Part shown: one piece after another, positions 46,911 through 55,791 of the stretch | Layout of the letters: every line of letters starts with the position of its first letter | Position numbering within the stretch: position 1 is the first letter of the stretch | Origin: a virus | IMG/VR virus record: IMGVR_UViG_3300028027_000047 | Location: 32,001 to 96,000 of that record | DNA: 64,000 nucleotides | Reading direction: 5' to 3' (one strand) | Position numbers and translations under genes: made by a program | The notes under the pieces: model-generated | Told to the model about the DNA's origin: nothing | Seen by the model: only the letters and a program-made list of their open reading frames with translations | The model's database searches: none

Positions 46911-48011
46911 ATGAACTCATTTAAGAAACTATCAATCGCTACTGCTGCAGCCCTAGCGATTATCAGCGTCCCTGTATCACCAGCATCGGCAGCACCATTA
47001 GTCGTAACGGTGGCAACAGTAACTAACGCAACCACATCTGCAGCACCAGCAACGGTGGCAGTACCATCAAGCAATGTTATTGCTTCTGGAAACACTATCG
47101 CACTTGCAGCAACAGCAGATACAGGAACAGTTGTTTCTTTTACTGCATCATCAACAGTTAAGTTAGTATCAGCACTAAACACAACAGATGCACCAAAGAC
47201 AGTTGCTTCAGGGGTTCCAGCCCTTTCAGTAACTTCAGCAGGCGTAGCGGTTACAGTTTATGCATACACAACCACAACAGCAGTTGGAACGGTTACCATT
47301 ACAAATGGTGCTTATTCAACAATCGTATATGTTAAGGGAACAGCAGGAGCAGCGTCAAACGTTGCAGTTGCAGTCCCTGCAGCAACAGCAGTTGGAACAA
47401 TTCCAACAATCACAGTTTCAGCAACAGATGTTTTTGGAAACGTAGTAGCAACAGGTGAAACAATCACCGCTACAGTAATCGGCTCAACATTTGCTGATGG
47501 CACAGTCACAAAGACCCTAGTTACTACAACAACAGCAGAAGGCGCAGCAGATACAACTTTAGTAGTTGGATCAAAGACAGCGGCACTTGCCACAGCAGTA
47601 GCAGGAACAATTCAGGTTGTTGTTACTGGTGTCACATCAGCAGCAACAGTTACTGGGCTCACAGCACCAGTTAAGGCAGCAACTGCATCATTTACAGTTT
47701 CAGATCTTAATGGAACAATCGCTAAGTTAACAGCAGATCTTGCAGCAGAAAAGGCTGGCCGTGCACTTGATGCACAGGCAGCAGCAACTGCTAAGGCAAC
47801 TGCAGCATCAACTGCAGCAGCAGAACTTGCTTTAGCTAAGGCAGAAACAGCCAAGGTGTCAGCAGATGCAGCAGCAGCAAAGATTGCAGCAGATGCTTCA
47901 TCAAAGGCCGCAGCAGATCTTGCTAAGGCTACATACAAGGCGGAATACAATGCACTAGCAGCTAAATGGAATAAGAAGTTTCCTAAGCTGAAGGTTGCAT
48001 TAAAGAAGTAA
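46911..48011 (+). CDS. Exported Ala/Thr/Val-rich surface (Ig-like / S-layer-like) protein
   Basis: Strong SD TAAGGAG, signal peptide, beta-rich body (ATDVFGN), coiled-coil tail, strong terminator. Confidence 0.7.
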   Translation: MNSFKKLSIATAAALAIISVPVSPASAAPLVVTVATVTNATTSAAPATVAVPSSNVIASGNTIALAATADTGTVVSFTASSTVKLVSALNTTDAPKTVASGVPALSVTSAGVAVTVYAYTTTTAVGTVTITNGAYSTIVYVKGTAGAASNVAVAVPAATAVGTIPTITVSATDVFGNVVATGETITATVIGSTFADGTVTKTLVTTTTAEGAADTTLVVGSKTAALATAVAGTIQVVVTGVTSAATVTGLTAPVKAATASFTVSDLNGTIAKLTADLAAEKAGRALDAQAAATAKATAASTAAAELALAKAETAKVSADAAAAKIAADASSKAAADLAKATYKAEYNALAAKWNKKFPKLKVALKK

Positions 48012-48018
48012 TTTGAGT

Positions 48019-48048
48019 CCTGGTGGGCGAAAGCCCACCAGGGTTTTT
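48019..48048 (+). terminator. Intrinsic terminator
   Basis: cctggtgggc-gaaa-gcccaccagg-gttttt. Confidence 0.9.
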
Positions 48049-48825
48049 ATGAAATCAATCTATTTTAATCATATTCCAAGAACTGGCGGGACAACTATAT
48101 CCAGGATGCTGTACAGCTCTGGAATAGGTAACTCTAGATTAAAAGTATTTACAAAAGAGATGTCAGCCTATCAAAAAAAAGAATTTAACCATACAAATTT
48201 ATCAAATAGCGATATAATAATGGGTCATTATGGAATTGCACCATCAATAATAAATCCAGGCATAGACACAATTACATTTTTAAGAAATCCAGTTGATCAA
48301 GTAGTAAGCATGTTCTCTAAATTATATAAAGAAAGCCAATCTCAAGAAGCAAATTCTATTGATTTTAACCTAATAAGATTAAGTAAATTCAAAGATGATC
48401 CAGTAAATTTATTTAGAGAATGGCTCTATGATGAAAAGTCTAAACGCTATACAAATAATGGGCAAATATCTAATCTAATTAATACAAGATACCCCTATTT
48501 ATACGACATAGATACAAAAGAAGTATCTGATATGGAAACAGATATAGAAGTAACCGAATCAAATGCAAAGGAAAAAATAGAATCTCTTCTTTTTATAGGG
48601 GCTACAGAGAATCTGTATGAAGGATATATAAAAGTTATAGACATCATAAATGATAGATTTAATATTAATTTACTCAAGTCCAATAAAATTGGTAAAGATA
48701 ATTCAATCGGTACTACCAACGATATATTAAGTACATTAAATAAAGAGGAAATAGATTATATTTTAGCCAAAAATAGCATAGACAACTATTACTGGGGGCT
48801 GTCAAAGCAAGATCTTGGACAATGA
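48049..48825 (+). CDS. Sulfotransferase-family protein
   Basis: 5'-PSB loop HIPRTGGTT; 3'-PB motif FLRNPVDQVVS; NSIDNYYW. Confidence 0.78.
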   Translation: MKSIYFNHIPRTGGTTISRMLYSSGIGNSRLKVFTKEMSAYQKKEFNHTNLSNSDIIMGHYGIAPSIINPGIDTITFLRNPVDQVVSMFSKLYKESQSQEANSIDFNLIRLSKFKDDPVNLFREWLYDEKSKRYTNNGQISNLINTRYPYLYDIDTKEVSDMETDIEVTESNAKEKIESLLFIGATENLYEGYIKVIDIINDRFNINLLKSNKIGKDNSIGTTNDILSTLNKEEIDYILAKNSIDNYYWGLSKQDLGQ

Positions 48826-48855
48826 TATAATAGATATACTATAATAGGAGATGAT

Positions 48856-49056
48856 ATGGAAACTACAAAAAAGAGTTATATAAAGACATTTAGCTGGGAA
48901 GCTTTTCATTTCACAGTGCTTGCTGGAATCATTTATTTATTTACAGGCGACTGGGAATACTCGGGCATTGGGGCATTAGTTTATATTGGAATTGAATCTT
49001 TAGGGTATTTTGTACATGAAAGATTATGGGCAAGATTTGGGAATAAGCTTAAATGA
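48856..49056 (+). CDS. DUF2061-like small membrane protein
   Basis: KSYIKTFSW...YFVHERLW. Confidence 0.75.
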   Translation: METTKKSYIKTFSWEAFHFTVLAGIIYLFTGDWEYSGIGALVYIGIESLGYFVHERLWARFGNKLK

Positions 49057-49964
49057 AATTTCCAATATTGCAAGAACAGTTCTATACTCAAGAAGAATTA
49101 GATTCAGCCAATAGTTTTATGAAAAGCATATTAGATGCACCAACATGGAGAATGCTTAAAGAAATAACTAGAGAGCAGATTGAAACCGATATGCTTGTTC
49201 CAGTAGTTGATCACTTTTTAGCAAGAGCACAATGCTCGCTTCCAGAACATAAGGTGCCAGAAGAAATTTTAAGAAAACCAAAAGAAGAAGCAAAAAAAAT
49301 TAATCCCAACGCACAGATTAGATTTGTTTCTTTTGTTAGATACTCAAATCAATTTGGCTTTCCTCAACTAGGACCACACCTAGATCCAGTATCAAAAGAA
49401 CATTTCTTTTTTGATGTACAGCTAGACGGTAACGTAGATTGGCCAATAGTTGTTGCAGAAGAAGACCCAGAAGCCCCAGATAAGAAGGGCAATGTAGTGG
49501 GGTATAGTTTAAAGAACAATGATTCTTTGTGTATTGAAATTACTAGACAAGCGCATTGGAGAACCCCAGTTAAATTTAAAGATGGGGACTTCATCGATAT
49601 GATATTTATAAGCTTTGAGGATCCCAACATTGAACCGCCAACACTTGAGTGGCAAACGGAGATCGGATTGAAGTATATGGATGACTATGAGGCAGAACTT
49701 GAATTAATATATCCAAAAAACACTACAATAACATTTGATCAACGTGCAGAGTATGCAAAAAATAATGTTAAGCAGATGGGCAAGCTAGATCTAAATGCAG
49801 TATCTGCAGAAGAGGGTTCTGGAAAGAAGCAGGACAATGAAATAAGCTTCTTAGACAATAAAAAAGATTTTTATACATTAAAGCAAGAGGCAGAAGCAAA
49901 GAAAAAAAATGATGACCCAAGCTGTATGGTAGAAATGATGAATGAAATGAGGGAAAAAAATTAA
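49053..49964 (+). CDS. 2OG-Fe(II) oxygenase-like protein, paralog A
   Basis: RY...LGPHLD...DVQL...WPI...HWR. Confidence 0.65.
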   Translation: MKFPILQEQFYTQEELDSANSFMKSILDAPTWRMLKEITREQIETDMLVPVVDHFLARAQCSLPEHKVPEEILRKPKEEAKKINPNAQIRFVSFVRYSNQFGFPQLGPHLDPVSKEHFFFDVQLDGNVDWPIVVAEEDPEAPDKKGNVVGYSLKNNDSLCIEITRQAHWRTPVKFKDGDFIDMIFISFEDPNIEPPTLEWQTEIGLKYMDDYEAELELIYPKNTTITFDQRAEYAKNNVKQMGKLDLNAVSAEEGSGKKQDNEISFLDNKKDFYTLKQEAEAKKKNDDPSCMVEMMNEMREKN

Positions 49965-50679
49965 ATTCCCTTTTGTAATAAAAGACATTCTAACTGAAGA
50001 AGAGCTAAATTTGTTTAGAAATTTCATGGATGATCTATTAAAAAACAAAAATTATATAATGCTTTCTGATATTTCTAGAGAAACAATTGAAACAAATATG
50101 AATGATTGGGTGGTCGACCACTACCTTGGACGAATTCAATGCAGCTTGCAGGACTGGGAGATGTCTGATGAATTAAAGCAAATAATAACCAAATTTGCAA
50201 AACAATTTAATGAAAATGCTGAATTTAGATACGTTTCTTTTGTAAGATATTCAAAAGATTTTGGTTTCCCACAGTTGGGGCCACATTTAGATCCTCCAAC
50301 AAAAGAACATTTCATGTTTGATATACAGCTAAGGTCGACTTTAGACTGGCCAATAGTTGTCGCACAAGATGATGAAATAAAAGAGTATACATTAAATACA
50401 AATGACGCTCTTGTTTTAGAAATAACTAGAAATGCTCATTGGAGAAAACCACTAAGGTTTGAAGACAGTGATTATTTAGATATGCTATTTTTTAGCTATA
50501 CTGACAACAGTCTAGACATACCATCCTTAGAATGGCAGTCAGAGACTGGTTTAAAACATATGGATTCATACAATGAAGAATTGGCTACGGTTTATCCAGA
50601 GTCAGAAAAAGAAATTAGAGATAGATATACTAACTCTATAAAAAAAGAAAACTTTATACTTCAAGGGCAGGTAAGATAA
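49960..50679 (+). CDS. 2OG-Fe(II) oxygenase-like protein, paralog B (probable ATT start)
   Basis: N-terminal half aligns without gaps to paralog A from IKFP/MKFP onward; same HLD and HWR motifs. Confidence 0.65.
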   Translation: MKFPFVIKDILTEEELNLFRNFMDDLLKNKNYIMLSDISRETIETNMNDWVVDHYLGRIQCSLQDWEMSDELKQIITKFAKQFNENAEFRYVSFVRYSKDFGFPQLGPHLDPPTKEHFMFDIQLRSTLDWPIVVAQDDEIKEYTLNTNDALVLEITRNAHWRKPLRFEDSDYLDMLFFSYTDNSLDIPSLEWQSETGLKHMDSYNEELATVYPESEKEIRDRYTNSIKKENFILQGQVR

Positions 50680-50822
50680 TGGGAAAGCATCACGATAAAA
50701 TTAAGAAGGCTTTAGAGCAAAGAATTGCCGCTACCCCAAATGGGTCTGGCTACAAAAAGCCAGGATCAATGAATAAGAAAAAGACAGGGTACCGTGGCCA
50801 AACAGCCAAAGGATCTAAATAG
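50679..50822 (+). CDS. Small basic protein (47 aa, not in track)
   Basis: MGKHHDKIKKALEQR...KKPGSMNKKK. Confidence 0.6.
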   Translation: MGKHHDKIKKALEQRIAATPNGSGYKKPGSMNKKKTGYRGQTAKGSK

Positions 50823-50944
50823 TGCTTGGTGATTTATGCGAATGGAACGGCTGTGGCAAAAAAGCAACAAGGATAGCAGCTAAGCCAGCAGGAATGATAA
50901 TAGATATATGTGATGAATGCTGGCACGAGTATTACAGATCCTAA
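50822..50944 (+). CDS. Small zinc-finger protein (40 aa, not in track)
   Basis: CEWNGC...CDECW. Confidence 0.55.
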   Translation: MLGDLCEWNGCGKKATRIAAKPAGMIIDICDECWHEYYRS

Positions 50945-51019
50945 TCAACTAAATGCTATAATAGTCTTATGAGCGGAATACTAGTCCCGCTTAAATAAAT
51001 AACCTATAGGAGTAAGAAA

Positions 51020-51166
51020 ATGACAGACGGATTGAATTTAACAGGATTTAACGAAGTAAAGCCAGCAGTACAGCACACAATCGGAGAGCAGTACGCTGCC
51101 GATCCATCAGCAGCATTCCCTGCATCAGATGTATCTAACCAGCCATCAGCACAAGGCCCAAAGTAA
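51020..51166 (+). CDS. Small protein (48 aa, not in track)
   Basis: SD ATAGGAG; MTDGLNLTGFNEVKP... Confidence 0.7.
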   Translation: MTDGLNLTGFNEVKPAVQHTIGEQYAADPSAAFPASDVSNQPSAQGPK

Positions 51167-51168
51167 AA

Positions 51169-51348
51169 ATGGATCTATTTGATAAAGAAGAAGTAACTGC
51201 TCCATCAATTGAAGCAGCTATCGCTGAGGCTGTAAAGCCAGTAGCACCAACACCAACGCCTGCACCAGTAAAGTCTGGCGCAGAGTGCACAAGAGACACA
51301 AGAGGCGAAGCTGATTGTGCAGTAAAGAATTGTGAGAACTGCAACTAA
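51169..51348 (+). CDS. Small Pro-rich protein with Cys-rich tail (59 aa, not in track)
   Basis: ...APTPTPAP...CTRDTRGEADCAVKNCENCN. Confidence 0.65.
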   Translation: MDLFDKEEVTAPSIEAAIAEAVKPVAPTPTPAPVKSGAECTRDTRGEADCAVKNCENCN

Positions 51349-51455
51349 TGTGTTACGAATGCGGATGCGAAACATTAGGTAGCCCCAAAGGCGCTACCCC
51401 AGTCACAATTACAGATGTATCTAGAGATGGTGAGTCGGGCTTAACCAATGAGTAA
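51348..51455 (+). CDS. Small protein (35 aa, not in track)
   Basis: MCYECGCE...; TAATG coupling. Confidence 0.6.
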   Translation: MCYECGCETLGSPKGATPVTITDVSRDGESGLTNE

Positions 51456-51654
51456 TAGTTTTAAAAAAGAAGACGGTACTGGCATGGTGCCACCAGCAAA
51501 TGCTGGTGCGCCTGCTGGTGCTGTTACCAGCACTAATACTCCAAAGAAGTATCCAAGACAGGGTGTAAAGATAGATACAAATAAGCACGGAATAAGAAGA
51601 GAGACAAGCTTAATTCCAAAACCCACTAAAAAACCAAGATACAAAAAACCTTAA
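51448..51654 (+). CDS. Small basic Pro-rich protein
   Basis: ORF coupled to the previous one. Confidence 0.6.
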   Translation: MSNSFKKEDGTGMVPPANAGAPAGAVTSTNTPKKYPRQGVKIDTNKHGIRRETSLIPKPTKKPRYKKP

Positions 51655-51668
51655 GAACGGAACAATCT

Positions 51669-52265
51669 GTGAAATCATTTTATGAAAAAAATGTTTTTGA
51701 AGAAGAAGATTTTAATGCTTTAAAAGAAATAGCATTCAAAGACCTGTCATCAGAAAACATATATTTTTCAGAAGCCTATAGTAGATACTATGCTATAACT
51801 GATTTTCCAGAAAATATAAAGGCAAAGATCGTTGACTTGGCGAATAAAAAATTTAATACAAAAGATTTAGACATTGTTTATACACATGCAGTAAAGTACC
51901 AAATAGTAAATGGCATAAAGCCTAGCCTTAAAAAGCATTTAGATAATTTGCCATCAACCCATGTTATTGATTTATGTGTAGAGACTACATTGCCAGATTG
52001 GGGACTTACCGTTGGTGATGATTTTTTTCAAGACGACCCCAACTCTGCAGTATTTCTATACGGGAAAGAAGATATTCATTTTAGGCCAGACTATACTTCT
52101 GAAGATGAAAATGATTACTGCGTAATGTTTCTTATTAATTTGGCACCCCCAGGTCATTGGGGGCATAAAGCCGCAGACTCTTTAAAGTTAATGCCAGAAC
52201 ACTTAAGGCAAAAAATGATAGACCAGCTGACACCACACCACAGAAAGAAAGACATGAACAAATGA
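51669..52265 (+). CDS. 2OG-Fe(II) oxygenase-like protein
   Basis: KY...LKKHLD...DW...HFR. Confidence 0.6.
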   Translation: MKSFYEKNVFEEEDFNALKEIAFKDLSSENIYFSEAYSRYYAITDFPENIKAKIVDLANKKFNTKDLDIVYTHAVKYQIVNGIKPSLKKHLDNLPSTHVIDLCVETTLPDWGLTVGDDFFQDDPNSAVFLYGKEDIHFRPDYTSEDENDYCVMFLINLAPPGHWGHKAADSLKLMPEHLRQKMIDQLTPHHRKKDMNK

Positions 52266-53017
52266 TTATTCAAGTAATAGGACTACCAGGTTCTGGCAAA
52301 ACTACATTTTCAAAAGAGCTAGCAGATAGAATTAATGCTGTGCATTTAAATGCAGATGCAGTAAGAGCAGAACTAAATAAAGATCTAGGATTTAGCCCAG
52401 AAGATAGGATTGAGCAAGCCCGTAGGATGGGTGCGCTGTCTAGGCTTCTTTCAGAGCAAGGATACCATGTAGTAGTAGATTTTGTTAATCCAACAAAAGA
52501 AACAAGGTCTTCATTCGGAAAGCCAGATAAAATTGTTTGGATGAATAGAAAGCCCGTAAGAGATTTCCCAGATACAACTGCGATGTGGGAGTACCCAGAG
52601 GGTGTTGACCTAATGTTTGACGACAATACAGAATCAAATTTAGCTGCGAGGCTTGCGTGTGTTGACTTTCAATTACACGATTGGAGGGAGCCAACTACAC
52701 TAATGCTTGGGAGATACCAGCCGTGGCATGAGGGGCACCACGCTTTATATAAAGAGGCGGGTGAACGAACAAAGCAAGTAATGCTTGGTGTAAGAAATAC
52801 GTACAAGACTAGTAATAAAGACCCACTAGATTTTGACCAAGTAATGGCATATATTGCAGAGGATCCAGTAATGGATAAAGCAATGGTAATTAAGATGCCT
52901 AACATTACGAATATAGTCTATGGTCGTGATGTAGGATATAAGATTGAACAGGTATCTTTAGGAGCAGAAATTGAAGCTATTAGTGCTACTCAAAAACGTA
53001 AAGAGATGGGCATATAA
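52262..53017 (+). CDS. APS-kinase-like P-loop kinase fused to an HxGH nucleotidyltransferase
   Basis: GLPGSGKTT, LNADAVR, DLGFSPEDR; then GRYQPWHEGH, YGRDVGY and ISAT. Confidence 0.8.
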   Translation: MIIQVIGLPGSGKTTFSKELADRINAVHLNADAVRAELNKDLGFSPEDRIEQARRMGALSRLLSEQGYHVVVDFVNPTKETRSSFGKPDKIVWMNRKPVRDFPDTTAMWEYPEGVDLMFDDNTESNLAARLACVDFQLHDWREPTTLMLGRYQPWHEGHHALYKEAGERTKQVMLGVRNTYKTSNKDPLDFDQVMAYIAEDPVMDKAMVIKMPNITNIVYGRDVGYKIEQVSLGAEIEAISATQKRKEMGI

Positions 53018-53062
53018 GGTGTGGGACTTTGTATCTAAGCCAAACAATATTGAGTGGCCATC

Positions 53063-53275
53063 ATGAATGTTACTAAACAAAGATCAGCATTAAAAGCAAT
53101 TACATGGCGTGTAATTGGAACAGCAGACACGTTTGTTATATCATGGGCCATAACCAAAGAGCCAGTAACAGCAGGAGCAATTGCAAGCTTTGAGGTATTT
53201 ACAAAAACAATTCTTTACTATTTTCATGAGCGTGGATGGAATAGAGTTAAGTGGGGCAGAAAAAATGATAGATAG
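53063..53275 (+). CDS. DUF2061-like small membrane protein
   Basis: RSALKAITWRVIGT...YYFHERGW. Confidence 0.8.
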   Translation: MNVTKQRSALKAITWRVIGTADTFVISWAITKEPVTAGAIASFEVFTKTILYYFHERGWNRVKWGRKNDR

Positions 53276-53537
53276 AAACATAGATGAATTAAAAAATGAA
53301 ATTGCTAACCATTTGCAAAATACAAACTACCCCCCAGTCACCCTTGATCTCATAGACTCCTGTATTGAAGCAATCAGGCTAGCTGAAGACAAAAAGTGGG
53401 ACCATTTGGTAAAGCTACCAGACTCTGTTAAATTTAATGGGGCTGAGTATGCGACAGTAAACGATATAATTGCGGGGCAAAGGCTAGAAAAATGGTTAGA
53501 CGTTTCTGATCATGCACAAACATTTGGAGCAAATTAA
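53265..53537 (+). CDS. Hypothetical protein
   Basis: Probable start ATG 53265. Confidence 0.55.
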   Translation: MIDRNIDELKNEIANHLQNTNYPPVTLDLIDSCIEAIRLAEDKKWDHLVKLPDSVKFNGAEYATVNDIIAGQRLEKWLDVSDHAQTFGAN

Positions 53538-54136
53538 TGCGTGTATTAAATTGGATATCAGTTCAAGGACTTTCTTTAGAGCAGGTTTATAAAAAGGTGG
53601 ACGATGAGCTGAAATCATCAAATCATTTATGGTTTGATGACTATATCATTGGAGGCGGAAGATGGAATACTGGGGTTGATTTGGAGCTGTGCGCTAAAGC
53701 AAAAACTAAAACTAAGCTACCAGACAATGTAACATTTGATGGTGATGGAAAAATTCATCACAATATGCTGCTAAACTATAATCTAAGGAGCGAAGACTTT
53801 AACACAATAATTAAAGACATCCAAGCGGCAAGATCAATGACAATGGAAAATTTTAAAAAAAGATATCCAAATTTACTTGAAACTATTCCAAAAGATATGG
53901 ATGACTATTCAAATGGCGATGAGTCTAATTTATATGGTAATGAAAATGAACAAAATAGATATAGCATGAAGCATATTATGAATATTATTAATGGCGAATG
54001 GACAGAAGATAGCTATTTTTATGATTTAAAAATGAAAACAAGCAAAATGACATTTTTTAAAGAAAGACTAAGCAATACAGGGTCAGACCAAGAGTGGCTT
54101 GTACCAGTAGATTTTCACATTAGAGAGTATAGATAG
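53537..54136 (+). CDS. Hypothetical protein
   Basis: WFDDYIIGGGRW...VPVDFH. Confidence 0.6.
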   Translation: MRVLNWISVQGLSLEQVYKKVDDELKSSNHLWFDDYIIGGGRWNTGVDLELCAKAKTKTKLPDNVTFDGDGKIHHNMLLNYNLRSEDFNTIIKDIQAARSMTMENFKKRYPNLLETIPKDMDDYSNGDESNLYGNENEQNRYSMKHIMNIINGEWTEDSYFYDLKMKTSKMTFFKERLSNTGSDQEWLVPVDFHIREYR

Positions 54137-54144
54137 GAAATAAA

Positions 54145-55008
54145 ATGACTGGTAAATTAATTGTAGGATCCATGCCGCTAGGCAATTTAGAAGATATAAC
54201 ATTGAGAATGCTTGATGCATTTAAAAATGCAGATATTATTTTATCCGACTACCCGACAACATATGCAGATCAACTATTGGAAAAATATGAAATCAATAAA
54301 AATTTAATAATCTTAAAAAGCTTTCATTCGTGTCACGCAGATAGGGAGCAGCTAGACTATGTAATTAGTTCTATCAGGGATGGGCTAACTGTCTTAATCA
54401 TTTGTTCGGAGGGCCAGGTTGCCGTATCCGATCCAGGAGTACAATACATTCAGGAGTGCATTAGGCTAAGCCTGCCGTACGTGGTGCTTCCAGGCCCTAA
54501 CGCAGGCATACAGGCACTTGTAGCAAGCGGACTATCAAATGGAAGGGTTTTTATACATCCCACAATTGAACCTAAAAATGTTGATACTGAATTCCCATTG
54601 CTTAAGGATGTTCAGACAAGCCTAACTGTTTATGTCTGGGGTAAGGATATACCAAAAATTCTTGAAATTATTGAAAAAGATTTTAAGTGGGAAACAGATC
54701 AAAATGAGCAATATGCAAATAAACTTATATCATTTTGCTGCGATCTAACATTGCCTACAGAGTTTATAGTTACTGGGTGGGCACACGAAATATCTAAGCA
54801 CCCAGACCTGCAAAAGATTACTACTAGAACTAAGGTTACTATTGTTATGGGAGAAATGATGCACATGGAAGATTGTGATCATCATATTTGTAATTCAATT
54901 AGAAGCCTGTACCCAGGACAAAAGTATCTAGGTGAGCCACAAAAGCCAGTGGATACTACAAAGTTTTATTGTGAGCACCCAAAAGATCCGTGGACTTATA
55001 GCAATTAG
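54145..55008 (+). CDS. rsmI: RsmI-like tetrapyrrole-methylase-family methyltransferase
   Basis: GKLIVGSMPLGNLEDITLR, VSDPG, LPGPNA...ALVASGL and DLTLPTE. Confidence 0.75.
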   Translation: MTGKLIVGSMPLGNLEDITLRMLDAFKNADIILSDYPTTYADQLLEKYEINKNLIILKSFHSCHADREQLDYVISSIRDGLTVLIICSEGQVAVSDPGVQYIQECIRLSLPYVVLPGPNAGIQALVASGLSNGRVFIHPTIEPKNVDTEFPLLKDVQTSLTVYVWGKDIPKILEIIEKDFKWETDQNEQYANKLISFCCDLTLPTEFIVTGWAHEISKHPDLQKITTRTKVTIVMGEMMHMEDCDHHICNSIRSLYPGQKYLGEPQKPVDTTKFYCEHPKDPWTYSN

Positions 55009-55640
55009 CTAGAATACTTTTCGTCTTTATTACCAATGCCAGTGAGATCTATTAAAAAGTTAGACCTTTCATCTTGCATCTTAAAATGATTTTCTTGCAA
55101 AGGTCTGTCTGGTAGATAAGAGAAGTTGCATACAAGCATATCAATTTCTGCGTCTTCTCTTAAATCAATGTGCTCTCTCCAGTGCTGCTGCTGGGTTCCA
55201 GCGAATATTAAACCTTGGTTGTATTTAAGTACTGTTTCTTTGCCTTCTACAACAACTCCCCAATCTTGATTTGAATTAAGCTGGATGTCAATTGTTACTC
55301 TTTGAGACACCCTATCGTCATAATGTGGGAACAATTTAGGAATATATCCATATTTTGGGTTGTATCTAATAAAGAAATACTCTTTTAGTATTAGAGTTAT
55401 TCCAATTTTATCTCTAATTACTTGATTCAGTCTTTGATACATATGCTTGTCTACCATTAAGTTCCAGCTTTTTCTTCCGCCCCAAGCTTGAACAGTAGAC
55501 TCACTTTGTTCAATAATTTTGTACAAATCTTTAATATTTTCTTCTGTGAGAACGTCGTCTACGACTCTAATTTCAAAGTCCTCATCAATTATAGGACCCT
55601 GATTTTTTTTAAATTCATTATATTTATCTTGATCTATCAT
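55005..55640 (-). CDS. 2OG-Fe(II) oxygenase-like protein
   Basis: RY...LFPHYD...DIQL...DW...HWR; leaderless TATAAT-N6-ATG. Confidence 0.65.
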   Translation of the reverse strand: MIDQDKYNEFKKNQGPIIDEDFEIRVVDDVLTEENIKDLYKIIEQSESTVQAWGGRKSWNLMVDKHMYQRLNQVIRDKIGITLILKEYFFIRYNPKYGYIPKLFPHYDDRVSQRVTIDIQLNSNQDWGVVVEGKETVLKYNQGLIFAGTQQQHWREHIDLREDAEIDMLVCNFSYLPDRPLQENHFKMQDERSNFLIDLTGIGNKDEKYSS

Positions 55641-55664
55641 ATACTAATTATACCGCAAAGAATA

Positions 55665-55693
55665 TTGACATCACAATTTATATTGTATATAAT
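55665..55693 (+). promoter_or_regulatory. Promoter for tRNA-Asn
   Basis: TTGACA-N17-TATAAT. Confidence 0.75.
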
Positions 55694-55703
55694 GGTTATA
55701 AGA

Positions 55704-55776
55704 TGCCCCATAGCTCAGTTGGTAGAGCACCGAACTGTTAATTCGGGTGTCCCTGGATCGAGGCCAGGTGGGGCAG
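55704..55776 (+). tRNA. tRNA-Asn(GTT) with atypical T loop
   Basis: tgcccca/tggggca, G73; ccgaa-ctGTTaa-ttcgg; cctgg-atcgagg-ccagg. Confidence 0.85.
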
Positions 55777-55791
55777 CAAAGAAAGGTAACA

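Noticed and set aside
49950-49964. -1 frameshift at A_AAA_AAT joining the paralogs
   Set aside because: The downstream paralog is in the +1 frame, so a -1 shift cannot join them
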